Shown: one piece after another, positions 61,847-64,000 of the stretch | Layout: every line of letters starts with the position of its first letter | Position numbering within the stretch: position 1 is the first letter of the stretch | NCBI GenBank assembly: GCA_049512935.1 | Contig: JBEKWR010000005.1 | Coordinates: 32,001 to 96,000 of the forward strand | Direction of reading: 5' to 3' | DNA from: Candidatus Bathyarchaeia archaeon | GTDB lineage: Archaea > Thermoproteota > Bathyarchaeia > Bathyarchaeales > Bathycorpusculaceae | Length of the DNA stretch: 64,000 bases | Program-made: the position numbers and the translations under genes | Notes under the pieces: generated by a model | Database searches by the model: none | What the model was told of the DNA's origin: nothing | What the model saw: only the letters and a program-made list of their open reading frames with translations

Positions 61847-62945
61847 CCTCCTGGGCATCTATAGCCCTTCAGGCAAAGAAGAAGATGCAGCTAACTTTTT
61901 AGCGGTTGAAATGAAGAAGATAGGGTTCGAGGTCGGTAAAGACGCAATTGGAAACGTGATCGGCGTCGTCGGCGAGGGTGAACCCGTCATCCTGCTTTGC
62001 GGACACATGGATACTGTGGCTGGGCATCTGCCGCTTCGGATTGAGGAGGGCAAAATCTACGCTCGGGGCGCCGTGGATGCGAAGGGTCCGCTTGCCGCGA
62101 TGATTATGGCTGCCGTTTCTGCTTCGAGGGAACCTGGGTTTAAGGGTAAAATCTTGGTTGCAAGCGTGGTTGAGGAGGAAGCTACGAGCCGAGGGGTTAA
62201 GCACCTTATCACTCAGGGCATTAAGGCTGACTACGCTATTTTCGGTGAGCCCAGCGGCGTTGAAAACATAACCGTCGGGTACAAAGGGCAAATCCAGTTG
62301 AAAATCGTTTGCGTGACCGAGACGGGGCATTCTTCTACGCCGTGGCTTTATGATAACGCGTTAGAGAAGGCGTTTGAGGTTTGGGAGCAAATCAAGCACG
62401 CTTCGTCTTACCCGTCGCTGGATCCTTCGGAGAGCCCTTTCAATGCGGTCACGGCCTGTTTGGTTCGGGTTGCAGGCGGCAGAGCGACATCCGTTGTCCC
62501 ATTTGAGGCTGAAATGAACATTGATGTGCGGGTGCCGATTCAGTTTTCTACGGCTCAGGTTTTTGAGCAGATTGAGAAGATAATCGCGAAGTACCAGGCT
62601 GCTAACCCGAAGGTCTCGGTGAAGGCGACGGTGATGGATACTGTGGAGCCGTTCGAGGTGAACAAGGCTTCGCCGCTTGTGCATGTTTTTTCCTCCTCCG
62701 TCAGAAAAGTGCTGAACAAGCCCGCGACGCTTCTGCGCAAGACGGGGACAGGCGACATGAACATACTGGGCAAAGCCATGAGCCTGCCCATCGTCACTTA
62801 CGGACCAGGCAACAGCCGCCTCGACCACACTCTGGAAGAACACATCGAAATAAGCGAATACCTCACAGCCATCCAAGTCTACAAAGAAACCCTGCTGCGG
62901 CTATCGGAACTTTACAACAACAAGAACCCAAGCGACCAAGGCTGA
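61812..62945 (+). CDS. lysK: LysK/ArgE M20 hydrolase
   Basis: GHMDTV, GRG-like ARGAVDAKG, VEEE, GEPS, YGPG..HT motifs. Confidence 0.95.
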   Translation: MSEQEAVRFLTNLLGIYSPSGKEEDAANFLAVEMKKIGFEVGKDAIGNVIGVVGEGEPVILLCGHMDTVAGHLPLRIEEGKIYARGAVDAKGPLAAMIMAAVSASREPGFKGKILVASVVEEEATSRGVKHLITQGIKADYAIFGEPSGVENITVGYKGQIQLKIVCVTETGHSSTPWLYDNALEKAFEVWEQIKHASSYPSLDPSESPFNAVTACLVRVAGGRATSVVPFEAEMNIDVRVPIQFSTAQVFEQIEKIIAKYQAANPKVSVKATVMDTVEPFEVNKASPLVHVFSSSVRKVLNKPATLLRKTGTGDMNILGKAMSLPIVTYGPGNSRLDHTLEEHIEISEYLTAIQVYKETLLRLSELYNNKNPSDQG

Positions 62946-63125
62946 ACCGCTTTTTGTGGCGGTTTTTTGTCACAAATAGTAGACCTCCTCTCAGGGTCGG
63001 CTCTTTAAACCCATATTTGTGATGGTTTTTGGTCACAAATACTAGACCCCTCCCCGTCTTTGTGAACCCATATTTACATTGGAATTTTGATGTAAATACT
63101 AGACCCCCTCCCTCGGTAGGCGGGT
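62942..63125 (-). repeat. Hairpin-unit repeat, right copy (three tandem degenerate ~57-63 bp units)
   Basis: Each unit: gaacc/aaccc, 8-bp stem, 10-nt loop, 8-bp stem, tagacc. Confidence 0.9.
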
Positions 63126-63409
63126 TCCAGTCAGGGCTTGTTTTGGGTTGATTTATTGATTTAGAGCCCAAATCAAGTTCAAACTAACCTCATTTTCCAA
63201 GACAGAAAAAAAGAGCGGCCTACCGAGCAGGTATAAACCCATTCATACCTGACCGCCAGATAACCCCGCCAAAAACTCTTCAGTTTGTTGCTTTCAGCGC
63301 CCAACCTCCATTTTGTAATCCTTCACTTTCACTTATCCCTCCACTGTGCGTCACTGCAGTTTCGCAGGTTGCTTTTTAACCGCCCTCCACGGATAGGCGT
63401 GAGTCAAGG

Positions 63410-63637
63410 ATGATTCGCATGAAAAAGAAAACAGCAGTCTTAGCCGCGCAGGAGGACCTTGAGGTTGACTTGACGCTCCACAATGTCCCTGCTGTGCTCA
63501 TCAGCGAATTTGCAGAAAAAATCGTGAGACCCTACTACAACGGCAACTTAAACGCTGCCATACAAGACTTGATTGGGAAGGCGTTGTCGGAGCAGGAATT
63601 CGTCCACTCGCACATAACCCACACGAGAAGCCCTTAG
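63410..63637 (+). CDS. Small hypothetical protein (RHH-like)
   Basis: 75-aa ORF; LTLHNVP..LISEF..NLNAAIQDLI strand-helix-helix pattern. Confidence 0.6.
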   Translation: MIRMKKKTAVLAAQEDLEVDLTLHNVPAVLISEFAEKIVRPYYNGNLNAAIQDLIGKALSEQEFVHSHITHTRSP

Positions 63638-64000
63638 AATTGAACGCAAAGCGCTTTTTCGTGGGAAAAGACCCATTTTACATGACCTTAAAAGATTTGC
63701 AAAATTGAAAACTTTTCAACATTACTAATGTGTTGATATTAGATGGTTACCGCCCGATGACTGTCTAAACGATAACTTGGTTGCTGGTTAGCAGACTTGA
63801 ATATTTAGAAAGTTCCTTACGATTTATCTTTGAGGAAGAAGTAAGCACTGGGCGCGAAAAGAAGAAAAAAGGTTTGCTGAGGCTCTGGAAACTTTAAGGA
63901 GAAGAGACACGCAAAGCTTGCTAAAGGCTATTGCCTCTCGTGAATTTAACCAGAGCCTACTCAGCCCTATTTTTCTTCTCCACTGCTTTTTAAGACTAAA

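Noticed and set aside
62942-63125. CRISPR array
   Set aside because: Only three degenerate units, the stems vary, there are no unique 30-40 nt spacers, and no cas genes are in the window.
62863-63171. 102-aa minus-strand ORF with three peptide repeats
   Set aside because: It overlaps lysK antisense and is explained by the DNA repeat units; no independent sign of coding.
63740-63770. Fluoride (crcB) riboswitch-like GATGG...GATGAC..TCTA
   Set aside because: It forms only a simple 11-bp hairpin with G-U pairs, lacks the P1/pseudoknot layout, and has no associated gene in the window.

Overview
Archaeal chromosomal window, most consistent with a TACK archaeon such as Bathyarchaeia (inferred from gene content, not from a database search). 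Housekeeping blocks: an A-type ATP synthase cluster (B partial, A, E, F, I, C, H, with subunit I on the opposite strand), carB-carA-argH-argG, an ACT protein with thrC-hom-lysC, and an Lrp/LysM regulator with lysWXYZJK. Between them lie transporters, surface proteins (YVTN/Ig, PQQ-propeller, transglutaminase-like) and two AT-richer accessory islands. The first (about 11.5-13.3 kb) holds a DprA + PRTase pair resembling ShosTA. The second (about 28.2-34.6 kb) holds a ParB-led four-gene operon, a decayed IS6-like transposase, a TGT-fold-like gene, a PIN toxin-antitoxin pair and an orphan gp5/baseplate-V OB-fold gene. The best hidden signal is a close match to the class I preQ1 riboswitch architecture (37787-37824) directly upstream of an archaeal queT. 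Several intergenic repeat families are also present: a perfect 71-bp inverted repeat flanking the lys cluster and built of covarying hairpin units, 10-bp-phased GGG arrays in inverted copies flanking the arg/thr cluster, and a recurring ACCCTA-CCGA-TAGGGT site. No rRNA, tRNA or CRISPR array was recognised.
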